The notes: generated by a model from the sequence alone, not told the origin. A stretch of 64,000 bases of DNA from an uncultured Acidobacteriota bacterium (GCA_913043225.1 CAJWLU010000001.1:96001-160000), one strand, 5' to 3'; counted from the first letter of the stretch, positions 47,205 to 57,570 are shown. Program-made: numbers and translations.

Positions 47205-48194
47205 TCAGGGACTGTCGCTTGCCTCTTGCACCCTGGCACCAATGAGGAGATTCGTCATCCCGTAGTTGCCTTCGTGGCAGGCGTACTCGAAGAGCGGCGC
47301 GTTGGTCCGCTTCATGGGAATGGTGGCGGTGAACGACGCCACGAACGTCTTAGGGTCGTCTACGGTGAACTGATACATCAAAGTGTCGTCGTCCACCCGG
47401 GTGAACCGCTCGACCAAGTCGAGCGTGGTCCCTGAACCGTAGCTCGAGACGATGGTGTAGAAGCTGCCGGTCTTGTCCGTGTAGCCAGTACTCTCAACCA
47501 CCAAGGTGTCCCCCTCCCAGCGTCCACGTCCGTCGCCCATCCACTGCCGCATGTGGTCCGGGAGCGGTTGACGTCCATCGAGCGGCACGATCCTGGCCTC
47601 GTGAATCATCTCGCTGACGATCACCACATGATCCTCGGTCTGAAACAGCTGCACGTTGTTGTTGTAGGCGCTCGGCAACATCGGCGGTCCCGAGTTGAAC
47701 CCGAGCATGCAGCGCTCCGACAACCCCAGGTCCTCGGGGCCATGCGCGGGTGACCCGACCAACACCCGTCCACGCACGGGCCGCAGCCCGTTCTCTCGTT
47801 GCGCAGTCATCCAGGCCTGAGCCTCAGGTGTCAGAGCCGGGATCCGCCCGTCTGGAGGATCGACAATGAGCGAAGTCCGCATGTCGTCGGTCAGGTCGTT
47901 GCCCCAGTCCCACCAGAAATCGTTGTAGGCCCGCTCTACGTCGCGCGCCGCCCCTCCGTCGCGACGGTCGGCGTTCCTGCCCTCGATCGCCTGCTGCTGG
48001 AACACAGCCGCCTCCTCGGGAGTCAACGTCGCCTTGTCGAGACCCGTCGGCCGTTCAAGCGGGGTGATGGTCCGAAAATCCCAGACCCCATTCAGGTCGG
48101 GCATCCCCCAGGACGTGCGGGGTACAACGTCCTGCGCTCCCGCCACGCTCGCCAACACCAGCAACACCGCCGCACAGATTCCCAATCGCACCAT
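47205..48194 (-). CDS. Secreted conserved hypothetical protein ('YACHExN' family), copy 2
   Basis: PRTSWGMPDLNGVW, ERCMLG..GPPM..YNN, GRWEGDTLVV and FEYACHEGNY. GGAGG RBS. Confidence 0.85.
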   Translation of the reverse strand: MVRLGICAAVLLVLASVAGAQDVVPRTSWGMPDLNGVWDFRTITPLERPTGLDKATLTPEEAAVFQQQAIEGRNADRRDGGAARDVERAYNDFWWDWGNDLTDDMRTSLIVDPPDGRIPALTPEAQAWMTAQRENGLRPVRGRVLVGSPAHGPEDLGLSERCMLGFNSGPPMLPSAYNNNVQLFQTEDHVVIVSEMIHEARIVPLDGRQPLPDHMRQWMGDGRGRWEGDTLVVESTGYTDKTGSFYTIVSSYGSGTTLDLVERFTRVDDDTLMYQFTVDDPKTFVASFTATIPMKRTNAPLFEYACHEGNYGMTNLLIGARVQEASDSP

Positions 48195-48229
48195 GACCAC
48201 CTCCGCTAAAGACAGCGACGCCGCCAGGT

Positions 48230-49555
48230 TCAGTCCTCAAACAGCGCAAGATCGACCGCCTGGGCCATCACCCGATAGCCCTCGTCGCTTGGATGCAGCC
48301 AGTCGCCCGACTGATATGACTCGACCATCTTGCTAGGTGCTGCCGCATCCCTCACCGCGGCGTCGAAGTCGATCACCCCGTCATAGACACCGGACGTGCG
48401 CATCCACTCGTTGAAGGCCTGCCGCTTCTTCTCACCAATCGGACGGAAGTAAAACGCCCCCTCGAAGGGTGCGAGCGTGCCACCGTAGATCTTCAGACCG
48501 CGCGCATGGGCCCGCTCGACCAATTCGGTGTGACCCGCGACGATCTCCTCCACCGTCGGCGTCTCCGACTCGAACGCCATCCCGATGTCATTAGTTGACT
48601 CCAGCACGATGACGTGTGTCACGCCAGGCTGTGACAGCACATCGCGGTCGAAGCGCTTCAGAGCGGCTGGACCAAACTGGGCGTTCGGGTTCGCCAGCGG
48701 CGCATTGGCGTTGCCCAGCAACTGCGCGAGGCCGGCGTTATCGCTGAGCACCCGGTTCCCGGCGATTCCCAGATTCAACACCGCTGGCGGTGTGTTGCCG
48801 GGACGCGCGATGAGCCGCCGGGCCAGGAAGTCTGGCCAGCGGCTGTTGGTGTCTGGTGTCGAGGCCGTGCCATCGGTGATCGAGTCGCCGAGGGCAACGA
48901 TGACCGGTGTCCCGGCGGCAGCCTCCACCTCGACCCGGGACAAATAGAACCAGTTCTGGAAGGTACGATCGACCGGCAGGGTACTGGCGCCCGCATGGTT
49001 CCCAGCCTTGGACAGGTAGTTGGTGGTGAGACCGGTTCCATGGACCGTCGCTCCACTCGGATCGGAGGTCGGAATTCCCGGCAGATACAGGTCGACCGCC
49101 AGGTCGCCGAGCGCCGGGACATCGAGCTCCACCGGATCACTGATGGCGACGTCGCCCGGCGGCACGGCAGTCGTGGGCTGACCGCCAAACTGGAGCGTCC
49201 GGGACGTTCCGGACACTAGCGCCGCTCCATCCGCCCGAAGCGCGACCTGTGCGGCGCCGATCTCCAGCGGCTGGCTCCCGAAGACGTTGGTGATGACCAC
49301 CCTCACTGCGGCTCCGCCGATACTAGTGCGCACGATTTGGCGCAATGTCTGCCCGTCGATCTCCATCTGGGCCGGTCCGGGTCTGGCTGGCGGAGTTCCG
49401 TCGGCTGGCGGTAGCGCCACCGGCGCGGTGGCCCAGGTACCTACCCACGCGGTCCCCTGCGCCTCCGCAGCGACGGGCTGCAGCCCCACCACAGCCACGA
49501 CAGCAACCGCCAGCGCCAATCGAGAACACCGTGAAGCGACTTTTCGGCTCAGCAT
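48230..49555 (-). CDS. Secreted SGNH/GDSL hydrolase
   Basis: GDSITDG, GIAGN, STND and DWLHP. N-terminal WVGTW..TLRQIVRTSIGG domain. Confidence 0.92.
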   Translation of the reverse strand: MLSRKVASRCSRLALAVAVVAVVGLQPVAAEAQGTAWVGTWATAPVALPPADGTPPARPGPAQMEIDGQTLRQIVRTSIGGAAVRVVITNVFGSQPLEIGAAQVALRADGAALVSGTSRTLQFGGQPTTAVPPGDVAISDPVELDVPALGDLAVDLYLPGIPTSDPSGATVHGTGLTTNYLSKAGNHAGASTLPVDRTFQNWFYLSRVEVEAAAGTPVIVALGDSITDGTASTPDTNSRWPDFLARRLIARPGNTPPAVLNLGIAGNRVLSDNAGLAQLLGNANAPLANPNAQFGPAALKRFDRDVLSQPGVTHVIVLESTNDIGMAFESETPTVEEIVAGHTELVERAHARGLKIYGGTLAPFEGAFYFRPIGEKKRQAFNEWMRTSGVYDGVIDFDAAVRDAAAPSKMVESYQSGDWLHPSDEGYRVMAQAVDLALFED

Positions 49556-49674
49556 CGGTCTACTCCCTCATCTACGCTCAGGCTGGCGTCTTCTGTCCAA
49601 GGACGCCGGGTGAAGGTCCTGCGTTGCTCCAACTTCGGCGAAACGAAATACGTCGGCTTGTTCTTCCTGTACAG

Positions 49675-49712
49675 AATAAGGGGACGGAGCCTGCACCCCG
49701 TCCCCTTATTTT
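49675..49712. terminator. Strong hairpin, terminator-like
   Basis: AATAAGGGGACGG, 10 nt loop, CCGTCCCCTTATT: a perfect 13-bp stem ending in a T-rich tail. Confidence 0.5.
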
Positions 49713-50055
49713 CCCAGCATGACAGTGGTCCTGATCTGTAGCAAATTCCAGCCATGAACACCCCTCTCAACCAGAAAACGTCATCTGGCTGGATGGTGAT
49801 GCGCCCCGGCTTTCTCCAGCTCACCAGCGGCCGGTCGGTGGGCCTTGTAGGTGCGGGCAGCGTCGGGCGTATCTTCAAGGGGCGTCTGGCCCGGGTCCCC
49901 CCGGTATCGTAAGCTCGGATCTTAGTGGATACCTGCCGCTTCGGCCTGCTGCGTCGCCTCCTCGACCCCGTAACGGACGTACGCCTCGCCCTCGACGGTC
50001 ACCGTCGGGCCGACGGCCGCCCAGAGGTACAATCCTGAGGTTTCGGAGACGACAG

Positions 50056-52032
50056 ATGAGCAAACACATCGCCGCATGCCTGACTTTCAGCCTCGCCTTG
50101 ACGGCTGCCGACCAGACCCACGCCCAGCAGGGGGCGCCTGACGGCGAGTGGCCGACCTACGGCGGTGACCTGGGGCATACCCGCTATTCCGCCCTCGACC
50201 AGATCGACGCCGAGAACTTCAACGAGCTCGAACTGGCCTGGCAATTCAGCACCGAGAACCTGGGCCCTGGCCCCGAGTACATCTTCCAGTCAACACCGCT
50301 CATGGTCGACGACGTGCTCTATAGCACCGGTGGTACGCGACGCGCCGTGGTCGCCCTCGACGCCGGCACTGGGGAGTTGTTGTGGCTCCACCGGCTCAAC
50401 GAAGGGGAGCGCGGGGCCAGCGCCCCTCGGCGGCTGTCAGGACGAGGACTGACCCACTGGGATGACGGCGGCGACGGGGTCGTCTTCTATGTCACACCTG
50501 GCTACCAGCTCATCGGACTGAACGCCCAGACCGGGCGCCGGCTGGCCGGATTCGGCGAGAACGGACTGGTCGATCTCAAGCAGAACATGGATCAGGACCT
50601 GGGCCCGCTCGCCGAGGTGGGGCTGCACGCGGCCCCGATCATCGCCGACGGCGTCATCGTGATCGGCGCGGCCCATTTGGCGGGGGTAGCGCCGACGACC
50701 AAGGAGAAGCCGAAGGGTCACATCCGCGGCTATGACGCCCGGACGGGCGAGCGGAAGTGGATCTTCCACACGATCCCCGACGCCGACGAGTTCGGCAACG
50801 AGAGCTGGGGTGCCGACTCCTGGCGTTTTACCGGCTACACCGGCGTCTGGGGCCAGATGACCATGGACCCCGAGCTGGGCTACGTCTACCTGCCGGTGGA
50901 GATGCCGACCGGCGACCTGTATGGGGGCCACCGGCCGGGCGACAACCTGTTCGCTGACAGTATCGTGGCGCTCGACATCCAGACGGGCGAGCGCGTCTGG
51001 CACTTTCAGACGATCCACCACGACGTCTGGGACTTCGACCTGCCGAGCGCGCCGATCCTGGCCGACATCACCGTGGACGGCCGGGCCGTCAAGGCGGTGG
51101 CGCAGCCCTCCAAGCAGGGCTTCCTTTATGTCCTGGACCGCACCAACGGCGAACCGGTCTGGCCGATCGAGGAGCGCGCGGTGCCCCAGTCGGACGTGCC
51201 GGGCGAGATCACCTCGCCCACGCAGCCGTTCCCGACCAAGCCACCACCGTTCGACCGGCAAGGGGTCTCCCTCGACGACCTGATCGACTTCACGCCCGAA
51301 CTGCGGCAACGGGCCGAGGAGGCGATCCAGGGCTACCGCATCGGTCCACTCTACACGCCACCCTCGGTCGCCTCCTACGAGGGGACGCTGGGCACGCTGC
51401 ACCTCCCGGCGCTGACCGGCGGCAGCAACTGGCCCGGCGGCTCGCTCGACCCGGAGACCGGCATCTTCTACATCTACTCGAAGACCGAGATCAGCAACAT
51501 GGCTCTGGTCAGCAACCCCGAGCGCTCGAACATGGACTACATCATGGGGTTTGCGCGTCCGCCGGCGGGGAGCCCTCGGCGCGGTTTCGGCTTCGGCGGC
51601 CCGAACATCGACGGCCTCCCGGTCATCAGGCCACCGTATGGGCGCATCACCGCGATCGATCTGAACGTGGGCGAGATCGTGTGGCAGGTCGCGCACGGTG
51701 AGACGCCGGACAACATCAAGAACCACCCGCTGCTCGAAGGCATCGACGTGCCGCAGACCGGTGTCGCGAACGCCCGCATCGGCACCCTGGTCACCAAGAC
51801 CCTGGTGGTATCGGGTGACCCCGGGATGTTCACCGACGGGGAGGGTGAGCGGCGTTCGGCGCTTCGCGCCTACGACAAGGCCACGGGTGAAGAGGTCGGC
51901 GCGGTGCCGATCCCGGTACCGACCACCGGCGTGCCGATGACCTACATGCTCGACAGCGAGCAGTACATCGTGGCCGCCATCGCCGGCGGTGGCTTCGCGG
52001 GCGAGCTGTGGGCGTTCAAGGCACCCGAGTAG
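50056..52032 (+). CDS. Secreted PQQ-dependent dehydrogenase (glucose/quinate dehydrogenase-like, no TM anchor)
   Basis: WPTYGGD..RYSALDQI, QSTPL, HHDVWDFDLPS, GGSNWPG and PPYGRITAIDL. Confidence 0.9.
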   Translation: MSKHIAACLTFSLALTAADQTHAQQGAPDGEWPTYGGDLGHTRYSALDQIDAENFNELELAWQFSTENLGPGPEYIFQSTPLMVDDVLYSTGGTRRAVVALDAGTGELLWLHRLNEGERGASAPRRLSGRGLTHWDDGGDGVVFYVTPGYQLIGLNAQTGRRLAGFGENGLVDLKQNMDQDLGPLAEVGLHAAPIIADGVIVIGAAHLAGVAPTTKEKPKGHIRGYDARTGERKWIFHTIPDADEFGNESWGADSWRFTGYTGVWGQMTMDPELGYVYLPVEMPTGDLYGGHRPGDNLFADSIVALDIQTGERVWHFQTIHHDVWDFDLPSAPILADITVDGRAVKAVAQPSKQGFLYVLDRTNGEPVWPIEERAVPQSDVPGEITSPTQPFPTKPPPFDRQGVSLDDLIDFTPELRQRAEEAIQGYRIGPLYTPPSVASYEGTLGTLHLPALTGGSNWPGGSLDPETGIFYIYSKTEISNMALVSNPERSNMDYIMGFARPPAGSPRRGFGFGGPNIDGLPVIRPPYGRITAIDLNVGEIVWQVAHGETPDNIKNHPLLEGIDVPQTGVANARIGTLVTKTLVVSGDPGMFTDGEGERRSALRAYDKATGEEVGAVPIPVPTTGVPMTYMLDSEQYIVAAIAGGGFAGELWAFKAPE

Positions 52033-52035
52033 ACG

Positions 52036-53703
52036 CTACTGGGTCGGCGCGTAGGGCAGCCAGTTGAACTCGGGCTGCATCTGGGTGGCGCGGCTGGAGG
52101 GGTCGAAGTTGGCCTCCATCCAGTCGTCCCGTTCGGCCACGGCACGGATCTGGTCCATCCGGGTCTGCAGACAGTCGTAGCACACCTCGCCGGGCACCCG
52201 GTGGGCGTCGCCCTCGGTGTCGAGCCCGCGCTCCTGCATGATCTCTTCGAGCCGGGCCGCGGTGTGCACCTGGGCCTTGTAGAAGTCCGAGTAGCTGAGG
52301 CCGCGTGCGATCGCGAGGGCTGACCAGCCGTCATCGGTCAGCGCGGTCAGATCAGCGCCCTGCTCCACCAGATAGTCGACCACCAGATTGACGCCGCGGA
52401 ACCCGACGCCGTGCAGCGCGGCCTCGCCCCGGTAGTTGGTGGCGTTGACGTCGTTACCACCTTCGAGACACAGCTTCACCGCCTCGAGCACCTCTTCTTC
52501 CTGTCCCGTGAACGACCCGCCGTCCTCACCAGGATTCCAAATGGCCAGGCCCGAGGCAACCATCAACGGCGTGGTCCCGTCGGCAGTCGGTATGGTTGGG
52601 TCGGCGCCGGCGTCCAGCAGGATCCGCATCGCTTCGACGTCGGTGACCTTGGCCGCCAGCATGAACGCGGTCGCGCCCAGCCGGTTGAACCGGTTCCGCT
52701 GACCGTCGCGCATCCCGTTCCGGGTCATCCGGGCATTCACATCCACCCCGGCCGACAGCAGCTTGTGGAGCAGGTCGCTACTGTCGAGCGTGCCGGCCGC
52801 GAAAGGTCCGGGTGTTCCGAAGTACAGGTTCATCCGGCGGGTGCGGATCGTCTGATGGAGGGCATTCCACCCGGCGCCCGCGTGTCGCACGTCGGCCCCA
52901 CGGTCGAGCAGGTACGCCGCGAGCTCCCAGTTGGCGTTGGCGGCGGCGACCACGAGCGCGCTCTGGCCATCCGACACCGTGTCGTCCACGTCGGCCCCGG
53001 CATCGAGCAGCACCCGCGTAGCGTCGAGATGCCCGGCGCGAACGGCGAACATCAGGGCCGAAAAACCGGTCGGCGGGGCGTAGGCGAACGTGCGGCCGCG
53101 ACTGGCCGGGGGATTGTCCGTCCGGGCCTGCAGGTCGGCGCCCTGCTCGGCCAGCGCGTGCACCGCCTGGGCATTGTTGTTGGCCGCCGCCCACATCAGC
53201 GCCGTCTGGCCCCGCGTCTCCTCTCGCCGGTTCGGATCGGCGCCGCGGGCCAGCAACGCCCGCACCGTGGGCGCATCGCCCGTGCGAGCGGCCGTCATCA
53301 GCAGGGTCTCGCCGCCCGGCATCGTCTGGTTCGGGTCGACACCGGCATCGAGCAACGCGGTCAGGATGGCGGCGTTGCCGTTCTCGGCCGCCAGCGACGC
53401 CGGTCCCACACTGAAGCGGTTGGCCACCGCGACCGAGGCTCCCGCCTCGAGCAGCACCGTCACGACCTCCGGCTGGTCGGCATGCACGGCCCACAGGAGC
53501 GCCGTCGCACCGTCTGGCGTGGCCGTCTCCACGTCAGCGCCCTCGTCGAGGAGCGCCCGCACCGCAGCCACATCCCCTGCGGTGACCGCATCGATCAACG
53601 GCACATCGGCCGGCGCCGCGATCGCGCGCGCCGCCATCAGCAGGGCGGCAGCCGCAAGGGCAAGCGGGAACGTCTTCTGTCTGCTGTCTTCTGTCTTCTG
53701 CAT
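52036..53703 (-). CDS. Ankyrin-repeat protein, exported
   Basis: More than ten ankyrin-like repeats, a signal-like segment and a C-terminal CYDC. Third gene of the second DUF1592-DUF1552 operon. Confidence 0.88.
   Translation of the reverse strand: MQKTEDSRQKTFPLALAAAALLMAARAIAAPADVPLIDAVTAGDVAAVRALLDEGADVETATPDGATALLWAVHADQPEVVTVLLEAGASVAVANRFSVGPASLAAENGNAAILTALLDAGVDPNQTMPGGETLLMTAARTGDAPTVRALLARGADPNRREETRGQTALMWAAANNNAQAVHALAEQGADLQARTDNPPASRGRTFAYAPPTGFSALMFAVRAGHLDATRVLLDAGADVDDTVSDGQSALVVAAANANWELAAYLLDRGADVRHAGAGWNALHQTIRTRRMNLYFGTPGPFAAGTLDSSDLLHKLLSAGVDVNARMTRNGMRDGQRNRFNRLGATAFMLAAKVTDVEAMRILLDAGADPTIPTADGTTPLMVASGLAIWNPGEDGGSFTGQEEEVLEAVKLCLEGGNDVNATNYRGEAALHGVGFRGVNLVVDYLVEQGADLTALTDDGWSALAIARGLSYSDFYKAQVHTAARLEEIMQERGLDTEGDAHRVPGEVCYDCLQTRMDQIRAVAERDDWMEANFDPSSRATQMQPEFNWLPYAPTQ
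53672..53700. repeat. Tandem heptamer (GTCTTCT)x4 at the ankyrin gene start
   Basis: GTCTTCT GTCTGCT GTCTTCT GTCTTCT G, directly adjacent to the start codon (CAT at 53701-03). Confidence 0.75.
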
Positions 53704-53713
53704 TCTAGGAGGC

Positions 53714-55060
53714 CTACAAATCGCTCAACCGCCCCGTGCTGTCCGAGATCCGGTCGACATGCACGCCCACCTTGTCGAGCAGCGTGAGCCCGAGATTCAT
53801 GAACGGCGTGTCCATCTCGTATTTCAGGTGCCGACCACCCGCCAGCTGACCGCAGCCGTTGCCCACGAGCGTCACCGGCAGGTTGTAGGGCGTGTGATGG
53901 TCGCCATCGCCCATGCCGGTGCCATAGAGCATGATGGTGTGGTCGAGCAACGTGCCGTCACCATCCGGGGTGTTGTGCAGCCGATCCACCAGCTTGGCGA
54001 AGAGCGACATCTGGTGGGTGTTGATCTTCGTGTACTGCTGGATGTTGTGCGGATTCAGCTGGTGATGCGACACGCTGTGGTGGGCCTCCGGCACGCCGAT
54101 ACCCGGATACGTGCGGCCGCTCAGCTCACGCGCCATCTGGAAGCAGCTCACTCGAGTGACGTCGGCCTGGAACGCCAGCGCGAGCAGGTCGAACAGCACC
54201 TCGACATGCTGGTCGTACTCGTCGGGCACTCCCGCCGGCTGCGAGAGCTGCGGCAGCGGCGTCGAGGCATTGTTCTCCTCGGCGCGCTGGATACGACGCT
54301 CGATCTCACGCACCGCGTCGAGGTAGTCCTGGACGGCCGACCGATCGCGCAGGCCCAGCCGCCGGTCGAGCTGGCCGATACTCTCGTTGACCGAGTCGAG
54401 GATGCTGCGGTCGGTCCGCATCTGCGCCATCCTGGCCTCGACACTCCCACCGTCGCCGAACAGCCGCTGGAAGACCACACGCGGATCCCGCTCGTGCGGC
54501 AGCGGGGTGGTCGCCGTTCGCCAGGACGTCGAGTTCTGGTAGGTGCAGCTGTAGCCGTTCTCGCAGTTGCCGACCGTGAAGCTCGACTCGGTGGTGAGCT
54601 CAAGCGACCGCAGCGACGTGTCGGCGCCGAGCACGTCGGCCGCATACTGGTCGACCGTCTTGCCAGCCTCGATGTCGGCCCCCTCGGTCCGCTTCGGCAA
54701 CACTCCGCTCAGCCAGCCGCCGTGGGCCCGCGTGTGCACACCGCCGCCCTCGTTCGGGCTGACCAGTCCCCTGTTGCTGAGTCCCGACACCACGACCATC
54801 TGGTCGCGATAGGCCTCAAGCGGCTTGAGGATGGGGGTGATGGCATACCCGGTGCCTCCGCCGCCAGCCGGGTGGAAGTTGGGCAGGAACATCCCGTTCG
54901 GCGCATAGATGAAGCCCAGCCGCGGAATGGCGGGCGCCGCCGCGGTCCGGCTCGTGGCCGTCAGCGCGGGTGCCATGGCGTCCAGAAACGGGAGGGCCAC
55001 CGTAGCCCCGAGCCCCCGGAGCACGGTCCGACGTGGCAGCGCCTTCTTGGTGACGATCAT
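53714..55060 (-). CDS. DUF1552 (HXXSHH) protein, Tat-exported, copy 2
   Basis: MIVTKKALPRRTVLRGLG, YAPNGM, CENGYSCTY, DPRVVFQRLFG and AHHSVSHH. The start overlaps the upstream stop (ATGA). Confidence 0.9.
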   Translation of the reverse strand: MIVTKKALPRRTVLRGLGATVALPFLDAMAPALTATSRTAAAPAIPRLGFIYAPNGMFLPNFHPAGGGGTGYAITPILKPLEAYRDQMVVVSGLSNRGLVSPNEGGGVHTRAHGGWLSGVLPKRTEGADIEAGKTVDQYAADVLGADTSLRSLELTTESSFTVGNCENGYSCTYQNSTSWRTATTPLPHERDPRVVFQRLFGDGGSVEARMAQMRTDRSILDSVNESIGQLDRRLGLRDRSAVQDYLDAVREIERRIQRAEENNASTPLPQLSQPAGVPDEYDQHVEVLFDLLALAFQADVTRVSCFQMARELSGRTYPGIGVPEAHHSVSHHQLNPHNIQQYTKINTHQMSLFAKLVDRLHNTPDGDGTLLDHTIMLYGTGMGDGDHHTPYNLPVTLVGNGCGQLAGGRHLKYEMDTPFMNLGLTLLDKVGVHVDRISDSTGRLSDL

Positions 55061-57498
55061 GACTCTGATCTCCTGTGCAGGAACGGATAGCTGTTCACAA
55101 TGCCCACGATGATCGACTGCATCGAGTAGTCGGACGCGGCCGCGTCGCGCACGATACGGCGCACGGCCGGCATGTCGTAGTGCCCCAGGCCTCGACCGAG
55201 CGCATAGGTCATGAGCTTCTCGGTCACGGTGCCCACGAAGCGATCGGGACGCGCCACGAGCGCCTCGCGGAGCTCGGCTACCCCGTCGAACGCGGTCCCA
55301 TCTGGAAGCACCCCGGAGGTGTCGAGCCGGTTGAACGATTCGTCGACGACCCGAGCGCGGCCGATCGCATCGAAGCCCTCGAGCGCGAACCCGGCCGGGT
55401 CGATCATCGAGTGACAGGCCGCACACACCGGGTTGGCCCGATGCGCCGACAACCGCTCGCGGACGGTCGCCACCCGGGCCTGCGTCTTGCGATCGTCTAG
55501 GGCTGGAATGTTGGGCGGCGGATCCGGGGGCGGCGTCCCGAGGATGTTGTTGAGAATCCACTTGCCGCGGAGCACCGGCGAGGTGCGAATGGCGTGGGAG
55601 GTCAGCGTCAGAATGCTGCCCTGTCCCAGCAATCCACCCCGAGCACTGTCGGCAGGCAGGCTCACCCGCCGGAAATGCGACCCTTGCACGCCCGGGATGT
55701 CGTAGTGCCCGGCCAGCCGACCGTTCAGGAACGTGTAGTCGGCGGTCAGCAGATCCAGCACGCCGCGATCGTCCCGCACGATGCTGTCGAAGAACAGCTC
55801 TGTCTCGGTGATCATCGCCTGCCGCAGCGTCTCGTCGAACGCCACCGCATGGGGGTCGCCCGGCCGGATCACCGTGGCCAGGTTCCGCAGCTGAAGCCAC
55901 TGGCCGGCAAAGTTCGCGGTCAGCGCTTCGGACCGAGGGTCGGCGACCATTCGGCGCACCTGCCGCTCGAGCTCGGCGGGCTCACTCAGTGCGCCACGCT
56001 CGGCCACGCGGAGCAGCTCGTCGTCCGGAATGCTGCTCCAGAGAAAGAACGAGAGTCGCGACGCCAGCTCGAGGTCGCTCACCGCATACGGCGCGTCGGG
56101 ACGGGCCTCGTTGGGATCTGCCTCGATTCTGACCAGGAACTCCGGGCTCACGAGGAGGCGCCGGAGGGCGAGCTCGATGCCATCCTCGAAATCGCCTCCA
56201 CTCGCACGCCCCATCTCGTAAAACTCGAGCAACACCGAGAGGTCCGCTTCCGCCACGGGACGGCGATAGGCGCGTCGCGCGAGCGACGACAGAATCTCTC
56301 GCGCGCACCCGGCTTCTTCGGACGCCGCGGCAGGCTGACAGCGGAAGACCCTGTCTCGACTCGGCGTGGTTCCTGCCCCACGCGCATCGAACGGCCCCGC
56401 GATGGTGACGCTCGACACGAACGGAATCGAGCCACCTGGACCGCCCGAGTTGCCCGAGGTCCGCGGGTTCTGGAACCGCTCGCGGACCTGCTCGATGAGC
56501 ACCGGTGGCTTCCGATGGAACGCCACCCCGATGTCGCGGGGACCGGCGTCGATCGAGACACGGCGCTCGATCGTCGAGCCGCTAAAGTAGACGCTCTCAC
56601 TTCCGTCGCCCGCCGGGCCCAACGTGATCAGCTCGAGACGAGCACCATCCACGGTGATCTCGAGCGGATGCTCCTCGCTCAACCCGCGGGTCCCGCTCAG
56701 CTGGATGGTGAGGTCGTAGTCGGCATCGAGCGGGATCTGCTGACTGACCAGCATGCCGCCACGGGTGCCAAAAGGCAGACCGGTGGCCCGCTCATGCTGC
56801 TGCTCGTCCTGGGCGGCCCGATAGGTCTCGGAAAAGGGCGCCGGGGGTGGGCTGCCCACCGCCAGGCGGCTGATGGTCCGGCTGGCTTCGAGATAGCGCT
56901 CAAGGAGCGACTGCGACATACGCAGCACGCCCCCGATGTTGTCGAATCCGAAGCTGGCGTCGTCGGCCGGGAGGAAATCGTCGACCGGAATCTCGAGAGC
57001 GAGCAGGTCGCGGATGGCGTTGCGATACTCGGCGCGGTTCAGGCGATGAAAGGTTGCCGTGCGCCCCGGGTCCGGTCGCGCGGTCGCCGCCGCGTCGAGC
57101 CCGCTCTCGAGCCACGCGCGAAAGCCGTCGAGCGTCGCCTCATCCGGGCGCGGCCGGCCGGCTGGCGGCATCAGCCCGGCACGGAGCTTTCGGACCACCG
57201 CCTCCCAGTGGGCGGCGTCGGTGGACAGGGTCTCGAGGTCCAACGAGTCCAGGGCCAGTCCCACCGCACGCAGCTGGGACGTCAGAGGCGTGGAACGCCC
57301 AGACTCACCGTCCACGAGCGCCTGGTTGTGGCAGGTGACACAGTAGCGACCTAGGAGCGCACGGTACTCGGTGGCCTGCGCGGCGGCCATCGTCGGCTGC
57401 CACGCGAACCCGCCCAGGACCAGCGCAATCGCCGCCGCAGGTGTCGACCAGCGACACCACCGCCCGCCGACGTTCCGACGTTCGGGACAGGATTCCAT
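55057..57498 (-). CDS. DUF1592-family dihaem cytochrome c protein, copy 2
   Basis: CVTCH and CAACH. HRLNRAEYRNAIRDL, ELASRLSFFLWSSIPDDEL and TSPVLRGKW. Confidence 0.9.
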   Translation of the reverse strand: MESCPERRNVGGRWCRWSTPAAAIALVLGGFAWQPTMAAAQATEYRALLGRYCVTCHNQALVDGESGRSTPLTSQLRAVGLALDSLDLETLSTDAAHWEAVVRKLRAGLMPPAGRPRPDEATLDGFRAWLESGLDAAATARPDPGRTATFHRLNRAEYRNAIRDLLALEIPVDDFLPADDASFGFDNIGGVLRMSQSLLERYLEASRTISRLAVGSPPPAPFSETYRAAQDEQQHERATGLPFGTRGGMLVSQQIPLDADYDLTIQLSGTRGLSEEHPLEITVDGARLELITLGPAGDGSESVYFSGSTIERRVSIDAGPRDIGVAFHRKPPVLIEQVRERFQNPRTSGNSGGPGGSIPFVSSVTIAGPFDARGAGTTPSRDRVFRCQPAAASEEAGCAREILSSLARRAYRRPVAEADLSVLLEFYEMGRASGGDFEDGIELALRRLLVSPEFLVRIEADPNEARPDAPYAVSDLELASRLSFFLWSSIPDDELLRVAERGALSEPAELERQVRRMVADPRSEALTANFAGQWLQLRNLATVIRPGDPHAVAFDETLRQAMITETELFFDSIVRDDRGVLDLLTADYTFLNGRLAGHYDIPGVQGSHFRRVSLPADSARGGLLGQGSILTLTSHAIRTSPVLRGKWILNNILGTPPPDPPPNIPALDDRKTQARVATVRERLSAHRANPVCAACHSMIDPAGFALEGFDAIGRARVVDESFNRLDTSGVLPDGTAFDGVAELREALVARPDRFVGTVTEKLMTYALGRGLGHYDMPAVRRIVRDAAASDYSMQSIIVGIVNSYPFLHRRSES

Positions 57499-57510
57499 TT
57501 TGAAGGGTCG

Positions 57511-57539
57511 ATCGTAGACCGGAGGCGTGGTGGAGGCAA
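57511..57539 (-). promoter_or_regulatory. Possible sigma70 promoter of the second DUF1592 operon
   Basis: On the minus strand, TTGCCT-17 nt-TACGAT, 12 nt before the ATG. Confidence 0.45.
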
Positions 57540-57570
57540 GCGCGAGAGGGCCGAATCGCGGCCGCCGCGG

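Noticed and set aside
55061..55900. N-terminal extension making the DUF1552 ORF 728 aa
   Set aside because: It overlaps the DUF1592 gene in another frame and reads as low-complexity sequence. The Tat-motif start at 55060 matches the paralogue.
52411..57354. Long plus-strand ORFs (458, 666 and 586 aa)
   Set aside because: Antisense shadows of the ankyrin, DUF1552 and DUF1592 genes.
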